IMG/VR virus record: IMGVR_UViG_3300045988_157201
Source of the DNA: a virus
DNA: 64,000 nt
Reading direction: 5' to 3' (one strand)
A model generated the notes under the pieces. The model made no database searches, was not told the DNA's origin, and worked only from the letters and a program-made list of their open reading frames with translations. A program made the position numbers and the translations under genes. The first letter of the stretch is position 1. Every line of letters begins with the position of its first letter. Positions 7,705-15,366 of the stretch are shown here, piece by piece.

Positions 7705-8904
7705 TTATTTAAACATTCCATTAAGAATGTTATTGCCCTTTTCATTTAATTTATCTGAAGCGTGTTGATATACTTGCATTGTAACGGATATATCTTTATG
7801 ACCTAACCTTTCTTGTGTGTATTTTATCGGCGCGTCTGCTTCAGCTAACATTGTAGCGTGAGTATGTCTAAAAGAATGAAAGGTGAACTCTTTAAAGCCC
7901 AAATTGTAATGAATAACTCGACTTGTGTTTTGCATAGTGCGAGGGTTGATATAGCTTCCGTCCTGTCTTACAGTAACAAGATTAATCCTTTTTCCCACAC
8001 CTGTGTCATTTAAAAAATTATTTTCATCTCTGTATTGATGTTTATATAACTCTTTATAAAAAACTTCTGCCCTTTGTTGTTTATCCTTTTCCTCTAATAA
8101 TAGGTTACATAATTCATCATCTATTCCAATCGTTCTAAATGAATTATATTTAGGATTTGAAAAATACCACTTATGTTTTGATTCATCCCATTGAACTTGC
8201 TTGTTGATTGAAATTGTTTTATTTTCAAAATCAATATCATCCCAAGTTAAAGCATATGCTTCACCTAATCGTAATCCACATTTATATCCTAACTGCATAG
8301 GGATATAAGTAGGGCTTCCTTCTGGAAATCTTTTAAATATTTTTGCTATCCATTCTTGAGGAATATAAACATTTGGGTGACTCTTTGTTGGGCTATTTGG
8401 AACTGCTCTTTTAGACGGCATTTCAACATCTTCCATAGGATTGACTTGTATAAACTTTGCTGTCTTTATAGCATAAATTAAAGATTTATTTATAATATGT
8501 TTCAAGGCATCAAGCGTATTAAAAGAATAACCCTTGTTAAACATATCAAATATAAAATTTTGAAGTAACATTGTTGATATAGATTTTAATTTATATTTTC
8601 CGAAATACGGCTTAATATAAAGTCTTATCTTTTTTTCATAGTTTGTTACAGTAGTAAGGACAAGGTTATTTCGACAATCTTTCTCCATCCAAAAATCAAG
8701 ATAATCACTATATGATATTTCGGACGGAGTAAAGGACACTCCTGTATTATTATATTCTGCAAGGGCTTTAACTCCCGCTTCTAAAGCTTCTTTTTTCGTT
8801 TTGAAACCGCTTTTTGTAATCTGATTTCTTTTTCCCCCAATTTTCGCTGCTTCAAATCTGTACTCCCATTTATTACCACGCTTTCTTGTGGTAACTTCTG
8901 CCAT
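7705..8904 (-). CDS. int: tyrosine recombinase (phage integrase)
   Basis: C-terminal HSFRHTHATML...GHKDISVTMQVYQH (R-H-R-Y family signature) and an N-terminal SAM-like arm/core-binding region. Start taken at MAEVTTRKRGNKWEYRF after GGAGTGAT. Confidence 0.9.
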   Translation of the reverse strand: MAEVTTRKRGNKWEYRFEAAKIGGKRNQITKSGFKTKKEALEAGVKALAEYNNTGVSFTPSEISYSDYLDFWMEKDCRNNLVLTTVTNYEKKIRLYIKPYFGKYKLKSISTMLLQNFIFDMFNKGYSFNTLDALKHIINKSLIYAIKTAKFIQVNPMEDVEMPSKRAVPNSPTKSHPNVYIPQEWIAKIFKRFPEGSPTYIPMQLGYKCGLRLGEAYALTWDDIDFENKTISINKQVQWDESKHKWYFSNPKYNSFRTIGIDDELCNLLLEEKDKQQRAEVFYKELYKHQYRDENNFLNDTGVGKRINLVTVRQDGSYINPRTMQNTSRVIHYNLGFKEFTFHSFRHTHATMLAEADAPIKYTQERLGHKDISVTMQVYQHASDKLNEKGNNILNGMFK

Positions 8905-8935
8905 TTTTATCACTCCTTTTATATAAATTATTTTT

Positions 8936-8964
8936 AGTATAGCAAAACTAAAATTATAAGTCAA
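8936..8964 (-). promoter_or_regulatory. sigma-A type promoter for int
   Basis: On the minus strand: TTGACT, 17 nt, TATACT. Located about 30 nt upstream of the int start. Confidence 0.5.
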
Positions 8965-9000
8965 TATAAAAATTTTCCAATTCTGAATATTGTTTTATAT

Positions 9001-9030
9001 TGACACTCATAAAAAAGTATTACAGTGTCA
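9001..9030. promoter_or_regulatory. inverted repeat, operator candidate
   Basis: TGACACT-N16-AGTGTCA in the int/repressor intergenic region. A second palindrome, AACATT-TG-AATGTT (9071-9084), lies inside the repressor promoter spacer. Confidence 0.35.
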
Positions 9031-9060
9031 GTAATTATTTATAAAATCTGTCTTTTACAC

Positions 9061-9089
9061 TTGACATTGCAACATTTGAATGTTACAAT
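9061..9089 (+). promoter_or_regulatory. sigma-A type promoter for the repressor gene
   Basis: TTGACA (9061-9066), 17-nt spacer, extended -10 TGTTACAAT (9081-9089). Confidence 0.6.
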
Positions 9090-9132
9090 AGTAACATACT
9101 ATTAAGTAATAACAAAAAAAGGAGAAATCATT

Positions 9133-9630
9133 ATGGAAATGAAAATGAAACAGTATATAATTACCGAACTTAGAGAGAAAGCCGGATTAAGTCAAGAAGA
9201 ACTTGCTAACAAAATCGGAGTAACTCGTCAACAGGTGTCACGATGGGAAAATATTGCGTACAACGAAAGAACAAATATATCAGAAGAAAACACAAAGAAA
9301 TTAGAAGAATTATTTGGTGTAGAAAGTATTAACAATTATAATTTTCTTGATAATAAAGAAGAATTAATACAGTTAGCAAGAGAGGACGGCAGATACGCAG
9401 CTACTTATGCAAAAGAACATAATAAGCAAAGAGAACTGTCAGTTTTTCGTAATAAAGTAGTTAGAGCAATAGAAGGACAAGATAGAGATGGTGTTTTGGG
9501 TAACTTATTACAAATTTCTTGCTTATGCAATTATGAAATCCAAAGTTTTTACACAATGTTACAAAGCAAAGAGTTGTTTAAAGACCTTGTTTATAGTTTT
9601 ATAACAAGTTCGTGTGCAAGCATAGAATAA
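9133..9630 (+). CDS. XRE-family HTH transcriptional repressor (CI-like)
   Basis: N-terminal LREKAGLSQEELANKIGVTRQQVSRWEN HTH_3 pattern. Divergent from int. AAGGAGA RBS. The C-terminal domain shows no S24 peptidase motif. Confidence 0.75.
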   Translation: MEMKMKQYIITELREKAGLSQEELANKIGVTRQQVSRWENIAYNERTNISEENTKKLEELFGVESINNYNFLDNKEELIQLAREDGRYAATYAKEHNKQRELSVFRNKVVRAIEGQDRDGVLGNLLQISCLCNYEIQSFYTMLQSKELFKDLVYSFITSSCASIE

Positions 9631-9654
9631 CACATAGAATAACAAACTAAACAA

Positions 9655-9684
9655 AAAGAGGAAAGTATTTTTACTTTCCTCTTT
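9655..9684. terminator. bidirectional rho-independent terminator
   Basis: 13-bp perfect stem AAAGAGGAAAGTA / TACTTTCCTCTTT with a TTTT loop. The U-tail is better on the minus strand (UUUUUGUUU) than on the plus strand. Confidence 0.7.
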
Positions 9685-9756
9685 AGTGATGTTTGTATTA
9701 TTAATACTGTCATCAAACATTAAAGAATATCTTATTTAATCCATAAAAAAACAGGT

Positions 9757-9888
9757 ATTTTTTAAAATCCACTTTGGATAGATTAATAACAAGGGTGTAA
9801 ATAGATATTCTTTAAAATCCACTTTGGATAGATTAATAAAATTTTTTAAACGAATATTGTTTAAAATCCCATACGGAGAGATTTATAA
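9757..9888. repeat. three tandem units of about 50 bp (29-nt core TTTAAAATCCACTTTGGATAGATTAATAA)
   Basis: Cores at 9761-9789 and 9811-9839 are identical. The third, at 9860-9888, matches 23/29. Each is preceded by a conserved TATT, and each core holds a small hairpin (ATCCA-CTT-TGGAT). Confidence 0.8.
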
Positions 9889-9933
9889 AAAAATAAAGCA
9901 TTAACATTAACAGCATCGCTACTGTTAAATATT

Positions 9934-9961
9934 ATTATAGCATAACTTTTATAAAAGTCAA
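9934..9961 (-). promoter_or_regulatory. sigma-A type promoter (leftward)
   Basis: Minus strand TTGACT (9961-9956), 16-nt spacer, TATAAT (9939-9934). Confidence 0.55.
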
Positions 9962-9990
9962 CACATTCTATTTAAATTCTTAGAATAATA

Positions 9991-10019
9991 TTGATTTTTT
10001 AAATACAACGCTATATAAT
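9991..10019 (+). promoter_or_regulatory. sigma-A type promoter (rightward) for 10055-10930
   Basis: TTGATT (9991-9996), 17-nt spacer, TATAAT (10014-10019). Confidence 0.5.
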
Positions 10020-10054
10020 ATAAATAAAAAAATATAAAAAAAGAGTGCTGTATT

Positions 10055-10930
10055 ATGACGGATATTAGTTTTAAAAATCTATCAAACAAAACAACTATTG
10101 AAGTTTCTCCAACCTTTTTAGATAAAATTGCTAAAGAAGCATTGCCAAAAATAAACAATTCATTTGTTCCACCTTTATTCAGTGAATACTGTATATCTAT
10201 CATTGAAAAGAATGGCAATTTTAATTATTTTAAAACAAATCTTATTTTAGAAGATAAAACATTCAATTCTTTACCGCAGGAAATCCAAGACAAACTTGTT
10301 ACTGAAACTTTAAGAGAAAATAATTGTTCAGTTGATGAGATAAGTGTAATATATGTCAAATACACTTCGGCAACTGAATGGACTATTATATTTTTTGACG
10401 GTTGTTTTCATAAGAAAATATTTACCGTAGACTGTGAATATGGTGTAGATAACAAACAAGGATATTTCTCTACAATAAGGCAATTTTCTAACAAATATTC
10501 AAAGTCAGAAATGCAAGCTATTGTTGAAAAATATATTTTTTGGATGCTTTGTGTTAGTTGGTATATGCAAAATATTAATAATTTTATTGAATATGATTTT
10601 ATTCAAGTAGACAAACTATCACCAAAGAAAAGAAAGAATGATACAGTATCAAATAGCAAACAAACCAACAATAAATATGTCCAAAAAATAAAAATAAAAT
10701 CAAAAAAGAAAAAATATATCTTAAATGAACAAACTGTTAAGCCTAAAAAGACCTATAATAGAGTAAAAACTTGTTGGTATGTAAGAGGATATTATCAGAG
10801 GTTTGGAAAAGATAAAACACTAAAGTATATTCCACCACGAATAAATTATCGTGATAAAGAAAAGATTGAGGACAACAGGAAGTTACCTTTTTATAAACAA
10901 ACCTATCAGCTTATTGATGATAAATCGTAA
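10055..10930 (+). CDS. hypothetical protein with highly basic C-terminal region (moron position)
   Basis: 291-aa ORF with its own promoter and terminator, between the immunity and lysis modules. The C-terminal third is Lys-rich and ends in CWYVRGYYQRFGKDKTLKYIPP. Confidence 0.5.
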   Translation: MTDISFKNLSNKTTIEVSPTFLDKIAKEALPKINNSFVPPLFSEYCISIIEKNGNFNYFKTNLILEDKTFNSLPQEIQDKLVTETLRENNCSVDEISVIYVKYTSATEWTIIFFDGCFHKKIFTVDCEYGVDNKQGYFSTIRQFSNKYSKSEMQAIVEKYIFWMLCVSWYMQNINNFIEYDFIQVDKLSPKKRKNDTVSNSKQTNNKYVQKIKIKSKKKKYILNEQTVKPKKTYNRVKTCWYVRGYYQRFGKDKTLKYIPPRINYRDKEKIEDNRKLPFYKQTYQLIDDKS

Positions 10931-10934
10931 AAAA

Positions 10935-10964
10935 TAGGGATGTGCAAATTAACGCACATCCCTA
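10935..10964. terminator. bidirectional terminator between convergent genes
   Basis: 11-bp perfect stem TAGGGATGTGC / GCACATCCCTA. An A-run precedes it and T-rich sequence follows. Confidence 0.6.
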
Positions 10965-11015
10965 AACTATTTATTTTCTTTATAATATAAAATGATAATC
11001 GTTCTTGTTTATTAT

Positions 11016-11219
11016 TTATTCAGTCACTTCTGGCAAGCCACCAATGCTTGTAAGCATAGAAAGCAAACCCGCTAATACACTTGCAGATACAACAGCAACC
11101 CAATTTACATCGCTAATCATTACAGTAGCACCGATAGTAGCAACAGCAGTCTGTGCTACCGTCTTTATAGCACGAACACCTGCACACTTTAACCAAAGTT
11201 TCCAATTAGTCTTTTTCAT
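11016..11219 (-). CDS. holin (r1t/LL-H-like pattern)
   Basis: About 67 aa with two hydrophobic helices: IKTVAQTAVATIGATV...VNWVAVVSASVLAGLLSMLTSIGGLPE. Last gene of the lysis cassette. Confidence 0.6.
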   Translation of the reverse strand: MKKTNWKLWLKCAGVRAIKTVAQTAVATIGATVMISDVNWVAVVSASVLAGLLSMLTSIGGLPEVTE

Positions 11220-11235
11220 ACACATTCCTCCTACT

Positions 11236-11475
11236 TTACTGTTTATTTTCTAAATTATTAATTCTCTGATTTAAATTGCCAATTTCTTCATTAATAACGG
11301 CGTCTTGCGTTTCAAGATGATAAACTCTTTCGATTACACTGTTGTGTTTGTCTACTTTTTCTTCAAGCTGTTTAATACGGTACAATGTTAATTTTGAACT
11401 TGCAATAATACCTAAAATCGAGCCAATAGCAGAACCACCTAAACCTATTAAAGCGACAATTACTTCTGTTGTCAT
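11236..11475 (-). CDS. membrane-anchored coiled-coil lysis-cassette protein (XhlA-like?)
   Basis: 79 aa with an N-terminal TM (VIVALIGLGGSAIGSILGIIA) then a heptad-rich helix. Located between endolysin and holin. Confidence 0.45.
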   Translation of the reverse strand: MTTEVIVALIGLGGSAIGSILGIIASSKLTLYRIKQLEEKVDKHNSVIERVYHLETQDAVINEEIGNLNQRINNLENKQ

Positions 11476-11493
11476 TACTTCACTTCCTTATGC

Positions 11494-12462
11494 TTATGTA
11501 AGTGTAATCTGCACACGGTCAATGGCTTTACCATTTTTACCTGCATAGCCGTCCTGTCTTGTATCTTCCTCGGTATTATGTTGCCAATCGTACCAATAAT
11601 TATTGCCTTGCCCACAAACCTTATAAGTAGCTTTATAATCACCAACACCACTAAATTCAATTTGAATAGTATCAATAACTTTACCGAGAATACCAGCATA
11701 ACCATTATTGCTATCTGCCTTATTATAACCGTCTACCCAGTCAAGCCAATCACCGTCACGAAGATGTACCCTATATCTGATATTACCTTCCGATACCTTA
11801 ATCATAAGACCGCTGATAGCCTGTTTGAATCTACCTGCAACACCACCAAGACCTTTTACCTCTCTGTACCATTTACCGTCTGCGTAAACACGATATGTAA
11901 TAGTTGGCTTCTTTGGCTTTGAATTACCACCAAGTTGTTTTGTAACCTTCTTGGCTAAATCACCCAAACGGTTATAAAGCCAATCACCCGGACAAGCCTT
12001 GTTATCAAACCATCTATGCACTGTAATAATCATCTCATCCGATTTCGGACTGTAATCAAGTGTCTTATTCTTATCATTAAACCACAAGAGCTTTTTCTTG
12101 CCATTACGCTTGCAAATATCAACACAGAGTTTTATAAGACTGTGGTAAACATTGCTGTTCATCTCGTAAGGATGATATGTTTCACTTGCACACTCAATGG
12201 TGACTGCTCTCTGGTCGTTACTATTGCTCGAAGAACACCAAGAACGATTACCCTCGTCAACGCAGAGTAACATTCTACCATCCGCACCGATACCGTAGTT
12301 ACAGCTTGCCTCTCGGTTGGTATCCATAAAGATATTGCCGAGCGTTTCAACCGAACACTGACCGACAACACAGTGAGGAGTAATGCGGTCAATACTATGT
12401 GTTCTTGCTCCCGAATGATTCGGACTAAGTTTTGTGTAACTAACAAGTTTTGAATTACTCAT
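11494..12462 (-). CDS. endolysin: N-acetylmuramoyl-L-alanine amidase (Amidase_2/PGRP) with ChW-like wall-binding repeats
   Basis: N-terminal ITPHCVVGQ...CNYGIGADGR...VTIECASE...HRWFDNKACPGDWLY. The C-terminus has three repeats of the type DGDWLDWVDG...GYAGILGKVIDTIQIEF. Confidence 0.85.
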   Translation of the reverse strand: MSNSKLVSYTKLSPNHSGARTHSIDRITPHCVVGQCSVETLGNIFMDTNREASCNYGIGADGRMLLCVDEGNRSWCSSSNSNDQRAVTIECASETYHPYEMNSNVYHSLIKLCVDICKRNGKKKLLWFNDKNKTLDYSPKSDEMIITVHRWFDNKACPGDWLYNRLGDLAKKVTKQLGGNSKPKKPTITYRVYADGKWYREVKGLGGVAGRFKQAISGLMIKVSEGNIRYRVHLRDGDWLDWVDGYNKADSNNGYAGILGKVIDTIQIEFSGVGDYKATYKVCGQGNNYWYDWQHNTEEDTRQDGYAGKNGKAIDRVQITLT

Positions 12463-12503
12463 AAAATTTCCTCCTTGCCTTTTATATTTTAATATGATAT
12501 AAT

Positions 12504-12659
12504 TTAATTAGATTTATCGTCATTGTTTTTTTTGTTATCATTATTTTCGTCATAATGTTGACAAAGTAATTCAATTCCAACTACAATCGTTCCAATAATT
12601 ACAATAGATAATATTATTGGAAACATTATTGGTGATACATTATTAAAAATAAAATTCAT
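12504..12659 (-). CDS. small single-TM protein (below the ORF-track cutoff)
   Basis: Hand-translated 51 aa: MNFIFNNVSPIMFPIILSIVIIGTIVVGIELLCQHYDENNDNKKNNDDKSN. First gene of the lysis cassette, possibly a second holin or antiholin. Confidence 0.35.
   Translation of the reverse strand: MNFIFNNVSPIMFPIILSIVIIGTIVVGIELLCQHYDENNDNKKNNDDKSN
12558..12587 (+). promoter_or_regulatory. sigma-A type promoter for 12681-13259
   Basis: TTGACA (12558-12563), 18-nt spacer, TACAAT (12582-12587). Confidence 0.4.
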
Positions 12660-12680
12660 AAGAACAAAACACCCTTTTCT

Positions 12681-13259
12681 TTGATAAATAATAATATGAA
12701 AAATAAATTAAAAACCATATGTAAAAACTTATATAAAAAATTAAAAAGTAATGAATCAAGAACTAAAATACTTGTTGCGTTATTTTTAACAGGAACAATA
12801 TTCTTAATAATAGGAATATATAGAAAAAACATAGGACAACATTCCGACAACTTCACATATATAACATCTATTTCTTTTGCTATTTGGTGGATTTTAATGC
12901 CCATTACTGGAGCGGAGAAAGATAAAGTCGCCAAGAAAACCTGTATTTATATATTAATGACCTCAGTCACTCTTTATACATTATCTTATTGTTTAAACAT
13001 ATTTTTTATAGCAAGTCCTACAACATCACAATTAATTCTTTCTGCAATATTGATATTTACAGTTGTAATCTTTTTTGTTGATGTTTTTCAAACATTGTTT
13101 CATATAGTGTTACCGCTTATAAGTAAGGCGTGGGGCAAACTTTCGTCAAAAGAACCAAGCCCATTTATGAATTTCATCAAGAATACTATGGCTGGATTAG
13201 TAACTGTTACAGCCTTTATCACAGCCATAGCTGGTCTAATTAAATTATTTACACCTTAA
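12681..13259 (+). CDS. polytopic membrane protein, opposite-strand moron
   Basis: 192-aa ORF (the ATG at 12696 is the likelier start) with about five hydrophobic helices. It is the only plus-strand gene inside the late region and has its own promoter and terminator. Confidence 0.5.
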   Translation: MINNNMKNKLKTICKNLYKKLKSNESRTKILVALFLTGTIFLIIGIYRKNIGQHSDNFTYITSISFAIWWILMPITGAEKDKVAKKTCIYILMTSVTLYTLSYCLNIFFIASPTTSQLILSAILIFTVVIFFVDVFQTLFHIVLPLISKAWGKLSSKEPSPFMNFIKNTMAGLVTVTAFITAIAGLIKLFTP

Positions 13260-13281
13260 AAATAAAATATAAATTCTATCA

Positions 13282-13312
13282 ATGGAGTAACAAAGCGTTA
13301 CTCCATTTTTTT
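13282..13312. terminator. terminator between convergent genes
   Basis: Stem ATGGAGTAAC / GTTACTCCAT, loop AAAGC, then TTTTTT (13307-13312). Confidence 0.7.
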
Positions 13313-13357
13313 AACAGTTTGCTTTTGTATTATCAACAATTAAATGTCTATAAATCA

Positions 13358-15352
13358 TCACTCTACCTCGTTTCCGTCAACTGTAACTTTCCAATCACAG
13401 CGCTCCGCAGGTGCAGAATACATCTTTTTGACTTCTGAAATATTAATACACTTTTCAATATTAACAGTGCTTGGAGTATCAGAATATGCGCCTTTGAGAG
13501 TTCTTGCTTGGATTTCCGTTCCACCAAAATCACAATTTCTGATTGTAATATTCGAGCCTGTTTTCATATGTAAGCCGAAGCTGCTATTATCTGCATTATC
13601 GTGATTTTGATAACCTATCGTGCAATGCGTAGGTATGATTTTACAATTTTCAATTAAGCCGACTTCGCCAAAGCTATGACCGCAACCAAAAACTGGCACT
13701 GTTGTTTTATCTGCATAATCTACGCAATCAGCACGACCGCCCCACTTGAAAATACAATTTGCCACAACCCAATTTGTCGCATAACCTGTTCCACCACTCT
13801 CAAGGTGTATGCCATACCTGATATTTTTACAATCAAATGTAAAACCTTTGATGTGAGTATGGACATTCAAATCAAGATGAAACGGACATTTTTTGATTAT
13901 ATCCCCAGATTTCAAAGTAGACTTATCAAAGCCTGTTGCTCCGTCCCACTTGATTACAGTAGCTTGCGGATTGTATATGTTTTCGGACTCATAGTAAACA
14001 TAGTCTTTAGTCATTACTCCTCTGTAACCTACAAGTCCCACATCGGACATTCCTGCAAACTTGTCTTGCATATCGGTATATGTGCCAGCCATAACAACAA
14101 TAGTATATCTATTATGATAACTGTTATCAGAAAAGCTATCATTAGCAGACTGAATAGAATTGAACTTCGTAACCCCAAACCCCTCAGTGGTTTCATTGTA
14201 ATCGTTTGAAACATACAAATAATGCATTGTGTAATCAGGGGCTTGATACAGTTCAGGCTTAATATGAGACTTTATCAAGTCAGGGTTAGAATAAGCTGTA
14301 CGCTTGTTATTCTGTTCAAGTTGAAGATTACAACTGTTGTCAACAAGTCTATTTGTAGCAACTGCAATTTTAATCGAATTTACGGTTGCATTTTCTGTCG
14401 CTCTATAAGTGGCCGCTGCATTTTTAAAAGCACTAACTTCTGACAAGAGCCAAGATGAACTAATTGCCGTCTGCTCATTTGCAGGATAGAACACACAACC
14501 GCCGTTTGTAATATTAGCAAAATTCTGCAACGATAAGCAATACGCTTTGCCTTGTTCAAGAGTAACCGCACGCTTGAGCTTGAGATAAAAATTAACCGCA
14601 GCGGTAGATGTGCCGCTCAAACTGATTTTATTATTTTTAACAGAAACAGTAACTCCACTTGCTGTCTGTTCTGTATCTTCAAGTGAACTAAGATTAATAC
14701 TTTTTGTTATATCTAAAAGAGAACTTTCATCAAGTTTATTGTTTAAAAGGTTTGTCATTTCAACTTTTGTATAAGCATTGTTTATCCCATAACCTTCAAG
14801 CGTAGTTGACTTATTAGCTTTTGCAATCTCAATCTTTTCTAACGCTTGAGTTATTGCCTTATTCGTCAAAGGATTTACCGAAATATCACTAAGTTCTGTA
14901 TCCATAGCGACAGTACCCTCAGGTGTTAAAACAGCCACTTTAGCCAACGCCTCAACTAAAGCTGTGAAGAAGTTTGATTTTTCAATCTCTTGGTTTGCAA
15001 CTGACGAATATGTAACAATATTAATACCACCAAAAGACAAAGTTCCTTCATCACTCTGCACAACAATCTCTCCTGCTGATGTTCCTCTGTTAGCTGTCAA
15101 AGCCCCATTAACAGGCAACTCAACTTTTCCTTTAATTGCAGAAAGAGTATTGACAGTAAGACAACAAGCGTTGCCTTTAGAGTCAGTGGCTTTGTAAAAA
15201 ATGTTTGTGCTATCGCTCAAATCTATTGGCTCGTCACCGTCACACAGAATAAAAACAGGATGTTTAATCAATGCTTCATTCTGATATGTTACAATATTTA
15301 CATTATTATTTATCCAACAATTTACTTTGTATTGAATATTTTTTGCTTTCAA
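13358..15352 (-). CDS. tail fibre / receptor-binding protein with beta-helix C-terminal domain
   Basis: 664 aa, TTG start after GAGGTGA. The N-terminal roughly 120 aa resemble the BppU-type baseplate attachment domain. The C-terminal half has beta-helix-like repeats (IENCKII, ITIRNCDFGG). Last structural gene. Confidence 0.6.
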   Translation of the reverse strand: MKAKNIQYKVNCWINNNVNIVTYQNEALIKHPVFILCDGDEPIDLSDSTNIFYKATDSKGNACCLTVNTLSAIKGKVELPVNGALTANRGTSAGEIVVQSDEGTLSFGGINIVTYSSVANQEIEKSNFFTALVEALAKVAVLTPEGTVAMDTELSDISVNPLTNKAITQALEKIEIAKANKSTTLEGYGINNAYTKVEMTNLLNNKLDESSLLDITKSINLSSLEDTEQTASGVTVSVKNNKISLSGTSTAAVNFYLKLKRAVTLEQGKAYCLSLQNFANITNGGCVFYPANEQTAISSSWLLSEVSAFKNAAATYRATENATVNSIKIAVATNRLVDNSCNLQLEQNNKRTAYSNPDLIKSHIKPELYQAPDYTMHYLYVSNDYNETTEGFGVTKFNSIQSANDSFSDNSYHNRYTIVVMAGTYTDMQDKFAGMSDVGLVGYRGVMTKDYVYYESENIYNPQATVIKWDGATGFDKSTLKSGDIIKKCPFHLDLNVHTHIKGFTFDCKNIRYGIHLESGGTGYATNWVVANCIFKWGGRADCVDYADKTTVPVFGCGHSFGEVGLIENCKIIPTHCTIGYQNHDNADNSSFGLHMKTGSNITIRNCDFGGTEIQARTLKGAYSDTPSTVNIEKCINISEVKKMYSAPAERCDWKVTVDGNEVE

Positions 15353-15366
15353 GTTATCACCTCATT

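Larger units (their letters stand above)
9655..9927 (-). ncRNA. candidate ~270-nt non-coding transcript containing the three repeat units
   Basis: Bounded by a near-consensus minus-strand promoter (9934-9961) and the terminator at 9655-9684. No ORF with an RBS in between. Confidence 0.35.

Noticed and set aside
9757-9888. Mini CRISPR array (three repeats, degenerate terminal repeat)
   Set aside because: The conserved unit extends to about 35 nt and leaves only 13-15 nt of unique sequence per 50-bp period, too short for spacers. The unique parts even share their first 5 nt. There are only three units and no cas genes in the window. It is kept as a repeat-containing ncRNA or iteron candidate instead.
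13358-15352. Diversity-generating retroelement targeting the tail fibre
   Set aside because: There is no reverse transcriptase ORF in the window. I found no template/variable repeat pair matching the 3' end of the fibre gene.
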